DNA of 64,000 nt from Octopus sinensis (lineage: Eukaryota), in assembly GCF_006345805.1 (NCBI RefSeq), contig NC_042997.1, forward strand, positions 158,286,001-158,350,000. The letters run 5' to 3'. The number at the start of each line of letters is the position of its first letter. Position 1 is the stretch's first letter. A program made the translations under genes and the position numbers. Under the pieces are notes generated by a model that did not search any database, was not told the origin of the DNA, and was given only the letters and a program-made list of their open reading frames with translations. Positions 39,842-53,963 of the stretch are shown piece after piece.

Positions 39842-41049
39842 AAGAGAGAGAGAGGGAGGGAGAATAAGAGAGAGATATTTGCTGTTTGCTCATCGATCAG
39901 CTTGCCAGTAGCAGGTTAATTATTTGTAAATTAACATTTTGTTACGCTATTTAAAATATAAATATTTTAAAGAAAACTCTTCCCAACATAAATAAATGAC
40001 ATTAGAATAAGTGACATCATATTCTGACAGAATATTTAAAATGTTAGCAGATGGACAGTAGCATTATCGCCTGCTTTATGGCATCACGTGAAATTATACG
40101 GTGGTAAATCTGGGTGTCATATACGAAAACATTTATTACAGAGCATAAAATAACATCTGAACTCGGAAATACTGACTGAAGGAAACCGATGACAACAAAT
40201 CACTCGTAATTCACCTAGAAGGAAGATATGCTATATTTCTACAATAATCTTTCGCTGTGAATCAGTCGTATATAAAAATCGATAAGTATATTCTTGATGT
40301 GATTTTACCAAGACATACAGACTTGGCACAGTTTGCGTCATGGAATATTTTGATCACTGTTTCCAACTGGTACCAAACTAAAAGTTATCAAAATTTCTGC
40401 AGTTTGACATTGATAACTCTTACGTGCCCTCGACGACAACATTTCTTTGTTGTGACTATTAATCTTGCTAAAGCTTATACTGATATTAAAACTTTGAAGC
40501 ATATAGAATTTTGCAAGACCGCAAATTTTATTACAATTCATACTCTAGGGATCATATCGACGTCGGCCTATACGCTGCTGGCTTAATTGAAAGAACACAT
40601 GTTATTGATCTATACATTTATCCAGAAAAAGTGTGGTTTGAAAATGTAAAAGAAAAACTGTATCAATCTGAATGTCTCTGCGTTGACTGATTAAGACCCA
40701 CAAACTAAAAACCCAAGAAAGTAGCATATAATATCTTTTTCTTATTAAAAACTGAGGATGCCAAAAGTGTTTCCTGAATGATTCTGTCGTCCTTATGACT
40801 CAGTTGTGTTAACATAAACCTAACGAATAAGTTAACTACTGTATATCAGGAGATTTCCAATCACCCAAGGAATATGACGAAATAATTTAATTAAAATGAT
40901 TTTACTTAACAGATAGTTTTAGTTCCTACTATTCCGTTATAATATATTGACGCAAACGTTAACAGCCAGTTTAAAAGACCGTATGTTATAAATGTTAAGT
41001 ATATAGATGTATATACACTGGAGTATGGAAGTGGCGATTCGCATAACTG

Positions 41050-41094
41050 AGCCATGTGAGTGGATTTGGCAAACGGAAACTGAAAGAAGCCCGT

Positions 41095-41159
<65 letters not shown>

Positions 41160-41185
41160 AATATATATATATGTATGTGTGTATG

Positions 41186-41255
<70 letters not shown>

Positions 41256-41280
41256 TACATACATACACAGAGACACACAC

Positions 41281-41346
<66 letters not shown>

Positions 41347-41562
41347 GTATATATACATACATATATATATATATGTGCATATATGTGTGTCTCAGTGGGG
41401 ATTCTTTTCGGCTGTGCTTGACAATCGGCGCCGGTGTGTTTACGTCCCTGTAACATAACCGTTTAACAAAAGAACACGATAGAATAAGTACGGGGCCAAT
41501 TCGGTCAACTGAAATTATTCAAGGGGTGCCCCAGCATGCAAGCAGTCTAATGGTTAAAACAA
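41050..41562 (+). mobile_element. CORE-type SINE, 5'-truncated, with expanded internal microsatellite of about 290 bp
   Basis: gtgagtggatttggcaaacggaaactgaaagaagccc, (TA)n, gcttgacaatcgg, gatagaataagtac, ggtgccccagcatg. Confidence 0.85.
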
Positions 41563-42227
41563 TTGTCTAAATTTGTTCCTGCGGCTCATATTCATACTTA
41601 TTGTTCGCAGTTATCTCTTTGGCGCTCTGCACATTAAATATATTAGCACTAACGTAACGTGCTTACAACGTTGTAACAATTGATATTTAAGGCATCCATT
41701 CAAATGTGAAGGATGTTTGAGTTTTACAATAAATCTTTACGACTTGGAAATGTGAAATCAATAACCTATGGCGAAAATGTCATTGATAAAAGTAAGAAAT
41801 ATAAAACATAACTGTCTGCAACTGAAAATAAAATTCCATGGTGTTAAAGAGGATGCAAAATGTAAAACTTGAAACAAATATCTTTAGGAGAGGCTATTAA
41901 TAGAAAAAAATGTATACAAAATAGTGTTCTATACGATGGAAAAAGAAAAACAAATAAACATGCATACAAGCCGAAATATCAAGAGAAGAAACACTTGCAA
42001 TCCAGATCTGTAAGTGACAAGTGTTCTTTGAATTTAATGTTAGCGAACTATTAAGTGCGAATAAAAACAACAAACAATCCTCTGACCTTTCGGAATTAGT
42101 TCATTCTAACGCAGCGGACAGTGAACGAAACGAAAATGACGAAAACGATACAGTAAAGAAATGTATATTTCGAACTATGTACTAACAATACTAGGATTTG
42201 AACAGCATAACTGTACAGACATACAAG

Positions 42228-42350
42228 TATTCTTTTCTACTCTAGGCACAAGGTCCGACATTTTAGGGCAAGGCGCCAGTCGATTAGATCGACCTCAGTA
42301 CGCAGCTGGTACTTAGTTTATCGACCCCACGAAAGGATGAAAGGCAAAGT
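42228..42350 (-). mobile_element. Nin-type SINE 3' half
   Basis: ctctaggcacaagg, gtcgattagatcgacc, ctggtactta, gaaaggatgaaaggcaaagtc. Confidence 0.8.
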
Positions 42351-43688
42351 CACAAGTATTAGAGACACTAAACTCTCTCGCGGGCAAGAAACCGTATCTA
42401 AATAGATTATGAAACATTTGCAGAGAAATTCTCAAAATATGTGATATACAAGAGTTCAAAACTAGAGTTAATTTAGAATATTCAAAATACTCGTGTTGCA
42501 GTCAATCGAATTGCTAGAAATGGCAGTCAAAACAACCTCATTAAACAAGAGACCTCTCTAAAGAAAGATCAATAAATTGGATTATATACACCGGGTATAT
42601 TATTCTTTGAAAAGAGACAGGATGAATATGGCAGGTGTACTATTTGCTAGGAATTTTCTGGAAAATAAAGTAAACTTATGAAAAAATTCTATTGAAACAT
42701 TTAAACTAGAAAGTTTGAGAATAGTAAATAGATAATTAATCTACGCAAACACCAATTACATTGAGTTAAATTACATTCTCTTTCATGTAGTATTTACCAC
42801 ATTTCGATTGAAGGAGAAGTTGGTGCAAAGAGAGAAAGGATATAAAATAACTACTGTAGCTAGGCAAATATCCGAAAAGAATAAAACAGGGGTAAGTTGA
42901 GAAAATTTAAGAAAATATAATACTGTTGGCATTTAACTTATAAAAAAAACTTACTATTGGAGCCATTTTGAATAACCTGAAGTAAATTGCTGCTAGGACA
43001 GCAAATGAAAATATAGAAAACAATAATTTAACGGCGTTAGAACAACGTACCTGTCGATATGTTTCTTATAAAATTACCGGATCATACATAAGTACATGAT
43101 GGATACACTACACATGTATGGATCGATAACAAAACGAGGTATTTTTTAGACTCATATGATCATTTCAATAAAATGCTGAAAGCTCACTTATCTGATAATG
43201 GTAAACTTATCTTAAACAACAAAATAATAGACATTTATTAGTTTCCAACAAAATCATGATTATAAGCTCCGGTCTCACAGAGTTATGTCAGTGCAAACTG
43301 AAAGGGCGCGCTTGAACTGACTTATATAAGTAATCAATCACAACCTCATTGATAAACTAAAATTATAAGCAGCATTTCTACGCCATCTTGACTCCCTTTA
43401 TTGCGAAACAGTTTGGTTAATGCATAGAATGTTTTTGAACTGGAAGATGGTTAAAGCATAAAATGTTTTTGGACTGAAAGAGTATTAAAAGTACTGGTAA
43501 GTCGGACATATAATTTGAAACCCATGGATGGCAAATAATTTATGTGGGAAGATAATTTCAAATTTTATAATCATTTGTGTACTGTGGAAGTAAAACACTA
43601 TGTGGGAAAGACGTGTTGATGAGACAAAATAATTTGAGATAATCGAAATATTACCTATGTGTCACTCAGATATCAGAAATATAACATA

Positions 43689-44080
43689 CTAGCAGTATCG
43701 CCCGACGTTGCTCGAGTTTGTAAGGGAAATAACTATATAAGCATTTTTAGAGAGTTATAGCCAAAAAATAGCAAAAAAATGCTATAAAAATTATGGTAAA
43801 TTATTTTTTAAATCGTTGACTCATCGTAGACATTTTTAGAGAGTTACTTCCCTTATATAATAGCGAAAAAAATGCATTAAAATGGAAAAAAATGATAGTA
43901 AATTATTTTTAAAATCGTAGACTCATCGTAGACGCGCGCTAATACCCAGAAGGGCTCGATATGAATCACGACTATACGATACCCGGTTTTGGTTAAACTG
44001 CACCACAAAATATGGGAGTAGTTAGGAATCTAAATCGTAGGAGACAGACACTCACACAACTTCACTTTTATTTATAAAGA
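43689..44080 (-). mobile_element. Non-autonomous Helitron
   Basis: On the minus strand: 5' A|TC (44081-44079), (TG)/(TGTC) repeats near the 5' end, GC-rich hairpin-like cgagcaacgtcggg near the 3' end, 3' CTAG|T. Internal tandem duplication of about 90-100 bp. Confidence 0.75.
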
Positions 44081-44611
44081 TAACACATTTTTTGTGGGAA
44101 ACGTATGGGTTTTGCATTATTCGATGCGAAATTAACAAACTAGGCAGTGCAAGCGACGACATTAGTACTTGCTCAAACAATATCACAAAGGAATTGTAGT
44201 AAGGGACTGCTGGTTGTTAATAAACAGTTTCAAATGGTCATTACAAATTCTCTATTTTATAGAGATGACTAAAATTGGTGTCAGTGAGACACTGATTATT
44301 TGAGATGGTCTAGAGATTAGACACAGAATTTGGTTAGCGCTCTGTGATATTTGTGAATTAGGATCACGTGACTGTATGAACGATTGCTGCGCCAAAATTT
44401 AGGTCCAGTGAACGTGTGAAGTGGTAGTATGAACAACAGATTGTCAGAATAGCAAACGATAAAGAAATAGATCACTCGATTTTATGCGAATGACAGTAGG
44501 ATATATGCCCGTATATATGAATGCGTAAACGTTTCGGTTTTTTTTTATTGCGTGAACAATAAGAATGAAGTGTCATTGATTTTACTTATTCAGTAGTGTT
44601 TTATTCTTCCT

Positions 44612-44960
44612 TTTACTCTTCTACTTGTTTCAATCATTTGACTGCGGCCATGCTGCAGCACCGCCTTTAGTCGAACAAGACCCCAGTACTTATTTTATCG
44701 GTCGCTTTTGCCGAACCGCTAAGTTACGGCGACGTAAACACCAACATCGGTTGTCAAGCGATGGTTCGGGGTGACAAACACAGACAGAGACACACACACA
44801 CATATATACAACAGGTTTCTTTCAAACTCTGTTTACCAAATCCACCCACAAGTCCTTGGCCAGAGGGTGTAGTAGAAGACACTTGCCCAAGATGCTACGC
44901 AGTGGGACTGAACTCGAAACCATGTGGTAGGGAAGCAAACTGCTTACCACACAGCCACAC
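44612..44960 (-). mobile_element. CORE-type SINE
   Basis: catttgactgcggccatgctg, ccgaaccgctaagttacgg, gacacttgcccaag, accacacagccac. Confidence 0.88.
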
Positions 44961-45249
44961 CAGTGGTTTTGTCCCAACAAAGGCAAACCACGCATCAAAT
45001 CCAGTCAAATACAGAAAATACGCTTCCGGGAGACGTCTTCTCCTCAAACAATCCAATATACAAATATATATAAGATTAAATAAAACAAACTTTTCGGATG
45101 ACAATTAAAGTTGTGTGTCTTTCATTTAATACTGCATTAGTTCGTTATATTCATTTTTTTTTTTGTTAGTTTCTGTTAATGTAGGGACTTTTTTTTGCCA
45201 CTAAGTATAACATTTTGCAAATTCACTTTCAGATTCGTCTTCTGATATC

Positions 45250-46040
45250 TGTAGCTACGCTTGCTCTTTTTCCAACCTGCACACAGCTGTCTATGAAATA
45301 AATTTCTCTTTTATATTCATTAACTTCCTTGAAGACAAAGAACAGATTTTTGTCTGTTTTGCTCAGCGTTTTCTTTTAATTATTTGCATTTGTTTTTCAT
45401 AATGTCGTTATATTTCTTCTTTTTTCTCTCCTGTCTAGTCTTGCTAATTTCTTTAACTTCATGTTAAGAATATTATGGCTATAACTGATTACTGGGACAG
45501 CTAGAATATCGATGCATATTACCTTATTTTATGCATTGAGATATGTTTTTTTAATAGTAATCTAATGAAATCTGTGATATTTCTTCCTAACCATTTGTAT
45601 GTTCTACCCCGTATAGTTTATTGATTTCTAATTATTTTTAAGTTTAGGTTTGGTATAATTACCGTTGTTTCTTTATGTAACATGTCATTAGTAGGGTTAT
45701 AATTTCCTGTCTCATCAAAACTACCTTAACACATTTTTGCGAATCGAATTTCAGATTCTTTCCTTTACTGAATATGTGTAATTAGGTAACAGTGACTCTA
45801 ATTATTGCTGTCTGCATCATACAACATGTGGTCGTCTATAAACAGCAGATGATACATTGTCATCTCATACATTTTGCATCTAAGTTCAATTTGCCTGCCA
45901 GTCCCATATTATATTGTTTTTCTAATAGCGATAATATTCATTTTAATAAATCATTGTTTTTTTTGTTTTTTTGTCCTCGCTCCGGCATTATTTGTCATTC
46001 ATTTGTCTGTTTAGAGAAAGTTGTCAAAGACATCTGGTAA
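45250..46040 (-). mobile_element. Old R4/Dong-like LINE RT fragment
   Basis: Minus-strand MYHLLFIDDHMLY (about 45818-45857; YMDD position), IDILAVPVISYSHNIL, FVFKEVNEYKREI; same family as 59608-61495. Confidence 0.72.
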
Positions 46041-49000
46041 ATAAAGTTCTTTCTCAACTATTTTTGGTTATGTAAATGCTCTTTACTTCTTTCTGTGAAT
46101 GTTTATGCCAGCAAGTAGCTATTTTGCAGGTAATCATTTACAATTTGCAGGTAATCAGCTACATTTTTCCAGTTACAGCATTTTAGCGGGGAAAATGCAA
46201 TTCATGTTTGCAATTCATGAAGAATGCAATTCATGTTTGCGTGCCTTTGAAGGTTTCTTATATTTTTACTTTTAGAGAGTAAGTTAGATTCCGTCTCACT
46301 AAATATTTTTGTAATCACTTTGCAAGCAAATGTTAGAAGTTTTAACTCCAATTGTTCGTATTTTTGAGGGCTTACTGTACTGAGGATAGAGAGAGGGAGA
46401 AGAAACAATAACAATATATTTGGTTGCAGATCGAAGTGGCTGCTATCCCACCATTCATTCACATCATCACTCACACTACTGGTTGCTGCTCTTAGGAGGA
46501 TAACAAATCTCGTCTCGCTTTCAGGACCAAAAGTCAACGATAAGAGCTTACATTGGATACAACAGATAGTACCAGCCAATCATCTCACAGTAATTAGTAA
46601 GTGAGGGAAAGAGGGCGAGGGCGCCAGAGTGTTGAAGTAAAAGAAATGACAATGAATTCGATATCAAAATTAGTAGAAATATAAGCAGACTGTTGTCTTC
46701 GAATAGACCCTTTGAAATATTTATAAAATTGGAAGTAATCTTTCTACTGTGTGTTACAAGCATGTAAATTGTATACTATGTCTTCATGAGCCTTTTAATC
46801 GTAGCAGCTAAGGCAGCTGGTACAATTAATAGTTGTCGTGACTTCAGTAGCCTTTCGTGAGAAATAAAATATTATTTTAAATAAGCATCCCCAAAGTCCA
46901 TCCCCTCCTCACCGTGATGGGGACGCTGGCAACGGGTAATGTTAGAGCTATGCCGTTGGGAACTTCAATTCCTGGTAGGGCTACCCAAGGCGGATTAGTC
47001 TGCCACAGCCCGGCAGACGGGGTTCTGGTGAAAATGTTCGGAGTGTCTGTTTCGAAGGTGGTGGAAGAAGTCGACTCAACCCGCCCAGGGTGAATGTCGC
47101 CACAAGTACAAGTAAGTACAAGGTTCCTTCGTAGTTTATATACTTTAAGCAGTACAGCAGTATTTAGTAAAAAAATTGTTAAATGCACTCTCATGCACGT
47201 TTCTGCGAATCTTAGTTCACAGTAGTGTCTATATCATTAGATTCCCAAGCGCCTTGTATAAATTTTATTAAGCCAGCTCATATAGTTTCATTCATATCAC
47301 TAAAACGGGTTACTGTGATATAAAATAATACATAAATATATGAATGACTTCAAGTGTAATCAATATTTAATTTTAATATTATTTGGTTCCCAACTTTTTA
47401 TACATTTCTCGCTGTTTTTCACATAACAATAAATCATCTTTAATAATTAACGCTTTTATAATCGAAGAAATTACACCTCAGTACTTTGCAAAGTCTCATT
47501 TTAGTTTCATTACGGGCTCAAAGATGTAAGTGATACTATGCTGAGAAGTAGATTCAGAAGGTACTGCTGAAGATATATGGTTGTTGGATGGATTCCAATA
47601 TATAATCAATCATTTTACTATCTTATGATTGATGGAAACGAAGATAATTGTAAGATAATATATTCATAACATTCACCTTGTTATTAGTTATGTAATAACA
47701 TCGTCAGGACGGCTAATTAAGGCGAGGCTATGACTGCAAAGTGTAGTTCTTCATCAGAAATCTGATAGAAATAATGATAATAATTATTGAGAATTATACC
47801 ATGTGAAAATTATATAGAAGCAGCAGATATTCGGTCATATTTCCAATGGAAATATTTTAACCAGTCAGCAACATTCTCTATATTTCCTTAATAATTTAAA
47901 ATTTATTACAGTCTGCTTTCAATTGTAAATCAACAGAGAATTGCAAGCCGTTTTAAGTATTTCCGGGTGCAAAGTCATGTATGTTTTCTATTTTATTTTC
48001 ATTACGAAACATGCTACAGCATCATGTAACTAATTTAATTGAATCATTTTCTGTTTGTAATATAGCCAATATGCCCTTACAAATAGTTGTTTTAAATATG
48101 AGATATCACCCAATTTCATATGCAATTTATTCATTTTCTCAGGTACACAGAACAACATATTCATGCTAGGTTAAATCGACTCAGAATGTTTTACTGGCTG
48201 CAGCTTAAACCGCTTAGATATGTTTACTAAATTGGCAGAGACATATACAGTGGATCGATAAAATGAATCATATATTTCCTGATATATAAACAAGGCAAGA
48301 ATAAAACTGCATGGAACGCAAAGAAACAGTGAACAATGCCAATATTTAGAAACACACCTATGTACATTCCGTATATACAGACACACGGATACATAAACAC
48401 TGGTACACGCACACATTCACATATGAATAAGTTAGGTATATATGCACGTGTGTATGTGTGTGTGCGTGCACCGCACGTGCGTGTGCGTATGTGTTTAAAT
48501 TTATAAACAAACGCACACACATATGCGACATACGGATGAGTCATGAAATTGCATGGAATATTTTAGAAGTCTTAGTTTTCTTCCCACGTTCAGATGAATA
48601 TATGCATGAATAATGAATCACTGCATCTAGAAATACAACAAACCATCTACTGCTTATGAGAACTCAAAATCTGACCCGTGCTTTTAATGTCTTATACGCA
48701 CGCCCGTCACGTACTAATACAATAAAGCACTCACTAATATGTATGTACACTGACAATTATTATAGAAATAATAATAATAGGCTTCGTTTACTTATTTGAT
48801 ATTATGTTAAGGGGATTGAGTTGAAGTAGGAGATTGTAAAAAATATCGAATGAGTGAATGACAGTAGGAGAGGTGGAATGAATGTACGAAGAAGGATAAA
48901 GTGTTTATCCGTCGCACTTGATTGTAAAGTAAAACGAAAGAGTGAAAGGATAATAAAAGCAAAAAGAAAGTAAAATGATAGTGGATTGTAGCAACAGGCC

Positions 49001-49349
49001 TTAAAAGTATTGGTAGGTAACATTAACATAAGCTACTACTGTCGTATTGTCCTTTTAAAACAGCAAGGATGTAGCTTTTCACTTTTGATAGGGAACAACA
49101 ATCAAATGCACAGATGTGACAACGATTGGCGCCTCAATCAACTGATCTTCAATGAGTTATCATCCTTGGCGACTTAAGCAGTCTATCTATGATGGAATTT
49201 TTCATTGATCAGTTTGCCTTTCTCGCCTCCAGCTTGTTATGGTATGCAACACATAACAGAGATTCCATAACTCTAGTGATGCTTGTATCTGAAGCTATTT
49301 AAAATGGGGTAAGGCTTTGCACATTTTCAATCCCACACTCTGAAAAGTG

Positions 49350-50343
49350 TACGCATTTGAACGAAGAGAACTAGTCTGAATTACTTGAAGATCTTTCAAA
49401 TTTGATCAAATCTGTTGCTAATATGATAGTGTTGACAATATGAAGAATTGATCCTCTTGATGCGGATGCTTCTACTGAAAAATTTCTGGATCCTAAACCG
49501 CATTTAGGCTACAGATTCGAGAGAAAGATAGCAGAAATGATTATCAAGAAGACTTTGACAGCCACTGAAGAAAAGAATATTCGCAAAAGAGCACAACAAA
49601 TTTTACTCTGCCTTTATAAATAGCTCAAGTACCGTTTGCCAGGAAATATTAATATTCTGAGGAATATCAAATGCTTTTAAGTAGAGAATATTTTGCAGTA
49701 TTTCAAAGAGCCAATTTTACTAGTCTTATAAGCAATGAATTTAAATGAAGAAAAAATTGCTTCAGTTGAAAAGCATTCAATTAGTTAAATTGACTAATAC
49801 ATTTAATACTTAGGCATTCTGGCTAGAAGTCTTTGAATATAAAGATGCTACTGGAGGAAATCCTTTTAGAGATGTTTCAAAATTTGCCATCAATCTATTG
49901 ACAATGCCAAACCCAAATGCAGAAGTTGAACGGTTTTTCAGTCGTATGGGTGTAATCAAGTGAAAACTGAAAACAAAATGCATCTTCATATGCTTAGATC
50001 AATACTGTCTATAAAATATTGTCTGAAAAGATATGGCAAATGTTGCAAAAACTTAAATATTCCAAAACACATAATTAACAAGATTGGGACCTTGAATGTA
50101 TAGAGCCAAGTCCTAGGCACTGCAGCTGAAAGTGAGCAAATCAGCGAAATTCAAATCATTTCTCAATGCTGAATATAATTAAAGAAAATAAATAAAAATG
50201 TAAATGAAAATTAAACTTTTAGATATAATTAGTGTTTAGCATTTTGTTTTATCATATTTAGCATTTTAGCATTTTTTAGCAATGTTTTGGTATTTTTCTA
50301 CTGAAATTTAGCAGAAAATTCTGATCTTAAGTTGACAACACTG
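49350..50343 (+). mobile_element. hAT transposon 3' half with terminal inverted repeat
   Basis: LLEDLSNLIKSV, FLDPKPHLGYRFE, FWLEVFEYKDATGGNPF..LLTMPNPNAEVERFFS (dimerization-domain motif). Subterminal tttagca repeats; end gttgacaacactg (reverse complement CAGTGTTGTCAAC). Confidence 0.8.
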
Positions 50344-50582
50344 TATACATGTCATCTGCACTGCTAACCCAAGAGCATGCGACATATAGTTGTCCATGAG
50401 AAAAGCAGGCTATTTGTAAATTGAAACCCACAATTTTTAAATGAAAATAAAATTTAGATGGTAGCTGAAATAGTACTGAATCTTTTGATACCCCATACGT
50501 CAAAATCGGTAACTCGGTTTTGGAATGCATAAGGAAGATACGCACACAGACACACACACATACAAACTCTTTTATATATAAA
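50344..50582 (-). mobile_element. Helitron remnant: 5' end fused to a PIF1-helicase C-terminal fragment
   Basis: Minus-strand LKIVGFNLQIACFSHGQLYVACSWV (FSHGQLYVAxSRV motif). 5' end tatatataaaagag followed by (TG)n. Confidence 0.7.
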
Positions 50583-51169
50583 TGTCAAAATATAATACAA
50601 AAATACAACAGCACACGCTTATTTTTACATGACCACGTATGTGTGATCCATGCATTACAATATACAGACATGTATAAAGAAATCCCATTGTTAGGCAGAT
50701 TTGGTAATGGTACATACGCATATTAACCGGAAACATTCCATCTATAATATACTTCATAGACACTAGGTAAACAAGGTAATGTAAAAGAAATTAACAAATG
50801 CATACTACAATAGGAAGTTATATGAAGAAGATAATTGATTAAGTAAATAGAAGCTGAATTGTGTCAATGAATGAATATCTGAATAAATGAATTAAATGAA
50901 AAATTGAAATGAATGAATTCATGAATAAGTGAAGAAGACTGCATTGGTCTACGTTAGAATTTAGGAAATTTATGTGATATATACACAGTTATTGCATGCT
51001 CCAACAGACTAATTCTTGCCTATGTCGCATAAATTAAAATTTATGAGACTCAGTTTAAATTACAACATAAAGCTGAAAGCTGAAATAGCATTTTTGATTC
51101 TGGAGCAAATCACATACAATCTACTTCTCTTTGTGTGTGTGCGCATGTGTGCGTGTCTCTCTCTCCCCC

Positions 51170-51780
<611 letters not shown>

Positions 51781-51980
51781 GGCGCAGGAGTGGCTGTGTG
51801 GGAAGAAGCTTGCTTGACAACCTATGCTGGTGTGGCTATGTCCCCGTTAACCAGCGGTTCGGCAAAAGAGACCTAGTAAGTATGTAGTCTATTACAAAGA
51901 ATAACTCCCGGCGTGGAGTTGCTCGACTAGAGGCGGTGCTTCAGCATGGCCGCAGTCAAATGCCTGAAACAAGTAAAAGA

Positions 51981-51984
<4 letters not shown>
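51781..51984 (+). mobile_element. CORE-family SINE with central deletion
   Basis: Head ggcgcaggagtggctgtgtgg joined directly to the 3' half (gcttgacaacc..gcggttcggcaaaagagacc..aagtaaaagag). Confidence 0.88.
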
Positions 51985-52030
<46 letters not shown>

Positions 52031-52423
52031 TATATATTATATATATATATATATGTATGCTTGTATGTATGTGCGTATATATTACACACGCACGGACGCA
52101 CACGCATAAATACACATATACACACATATCCATGCATATACAACTATCAACTTATCGATACATAGGTATGTATGAGTATACATGCAAGAGAGTGTGTATG
52201 CATACAAGACTGTGTGGATCTATATGTCTCTGTGTACATTCAACAGTTTTTGTATTTATGTGTAAGTGCATGTACATATGTTTGTATATTTCTTCCGATT
52301 GACTTGCTACACATATTACCTTCACTATCCTCGTCTTTCTGCCACACTTCTGGAGAGCCATCCACTTGAATATATCTAATACTACGAATGTGTTTATTGC
52401 TAACGTTTAATTTCCACTTACAA

Positions 52424-52640
52424 TGTGACACGCTGGCAGAATCATTAGCACGCTGGGCTTCGCGGGAGTTCGTCCGTAATTACATTTTGAGTTCGCATCG
52501 CTCAGTGCTTGGCTTTGCCTTTCATCCTCTCAGAGTCGATAAAATCAAAACTAGTTCGGCACCGAGGTCGATGCAATCGATTTATTCTTTATCTCCAGCA
52601 GAAAATGATGGCCTTGTGCTAAAATTTGAAACTAATATTT
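52424..52640 (+). mobile_element. Nin-type SINE, degenerate
   Basis: gctggcagaatcattagcacgc, gctttgcctttcatcctctcagagtcgataaa, ggccttgtgctaaaatttgaaac. Confidence 0.8.
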
Positions 52641-53642
52641 AATTTCCACTTATAAAATGCTTTTCTTCGTCGCTGGTCTTCTGTTTTCTTCTTCTCCTGC
52701 AGTTGCTTCTTTTTCAGAAAGAATAAATGAAAGAAAAAAATTAAAGAGAAAGAAAAATGGGTGAGAACGAAAGGATGAAAAAATGGTATGGAAAGTGAGG
52801 AACGCAGAAAGGAATATCTCATCTTTAACATATTGAACAATGTAAAAATAAGCTAAAAATTAAACCACATTAGTTGTTTCACGCAGAAGTTTTACGGTTT
52901 CAATGCATGACAGAAAATCTACCTTACCAATGTTATCAACAATCACATGCAGTGGTAACTGAATTGGTGCTGTTGAAGCAAGTCACAAAACACAAGAAAA
53001 ATATAGCAAAAAAGCTCTTTGGTGATAGGACAAATAATACATAAGGACAAATATTCAAATATGCGTTTATAAGCATGTTTTTATGTGTTGCATGTGTGCA
53101 AGAGCATAGCATGTGTATCCAATTGTGGGTTGAGATGGTGTATGTGATGTACGGGTTTATAAGTCATTAGAAATCACCTGTATTTTTGCACTATGGTAAA
53201 TTGATTAAAATTCTGTTGGCAGTTAAACAAAGAAAATTAGAAATTCATGGTATATTAATTTAAAATTACCTTTAATTTGTCTTAGAAAAATATCCTGTTA
53301 ATTATGTTTACTGATTCCAAACATTAAAGAAATCATAGATAATCATATCAAAATAATTTGAATGTAAATTTGCGAGTTCTCTTTCAATAATTATCATGAT
53401 CTATTTACATATCTGTTGGAGGTTTGTATGGATTATATGTTGATATTCTGCGCTTCATATACATAAAAGAATAGAGGCAATTTTTACATGAGTTTATGAC
53501 AAAATATTGAAGTATTCAATCAAAACGATGGGTTATGTGTTACATATGTATGTAATGCAAATGAGAATGTATAAACTTTGCAAACAATCTGTACTTACTC
53601 AAATTAAAAATACATATTTATATAATTTCATTAGACTTTACA

Positions 53643-53711
<69 letters not shown>

Positions 53712-53881
53712 GATAATAATAATAGTAATAATAATAATGATAATTACCATCATCACTGATATTATTTTCCTTTTTGTTTTTACTATTTGTCATTGCTAAT
53801 ATTTCCTCTGTTCCGACATGGGTCTTGGCTAAATTATTATTATTATTACTATTACTGTTGTTATTATTATTATTATTATTA

Positions 53882-53963
<82 letters not shown>

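Noticed and set aside
43350-43392. TATA-like and YY1-like (cgccatctt) motifs
   Set aside because: Single short motifs without transcript evidence.
48594-48726. Strong acceptor, early stop and AATAAA, as a terminal exon
   Set aside because: Plausible but unsupported; AATAAA is common here and no upstream exons were identified.
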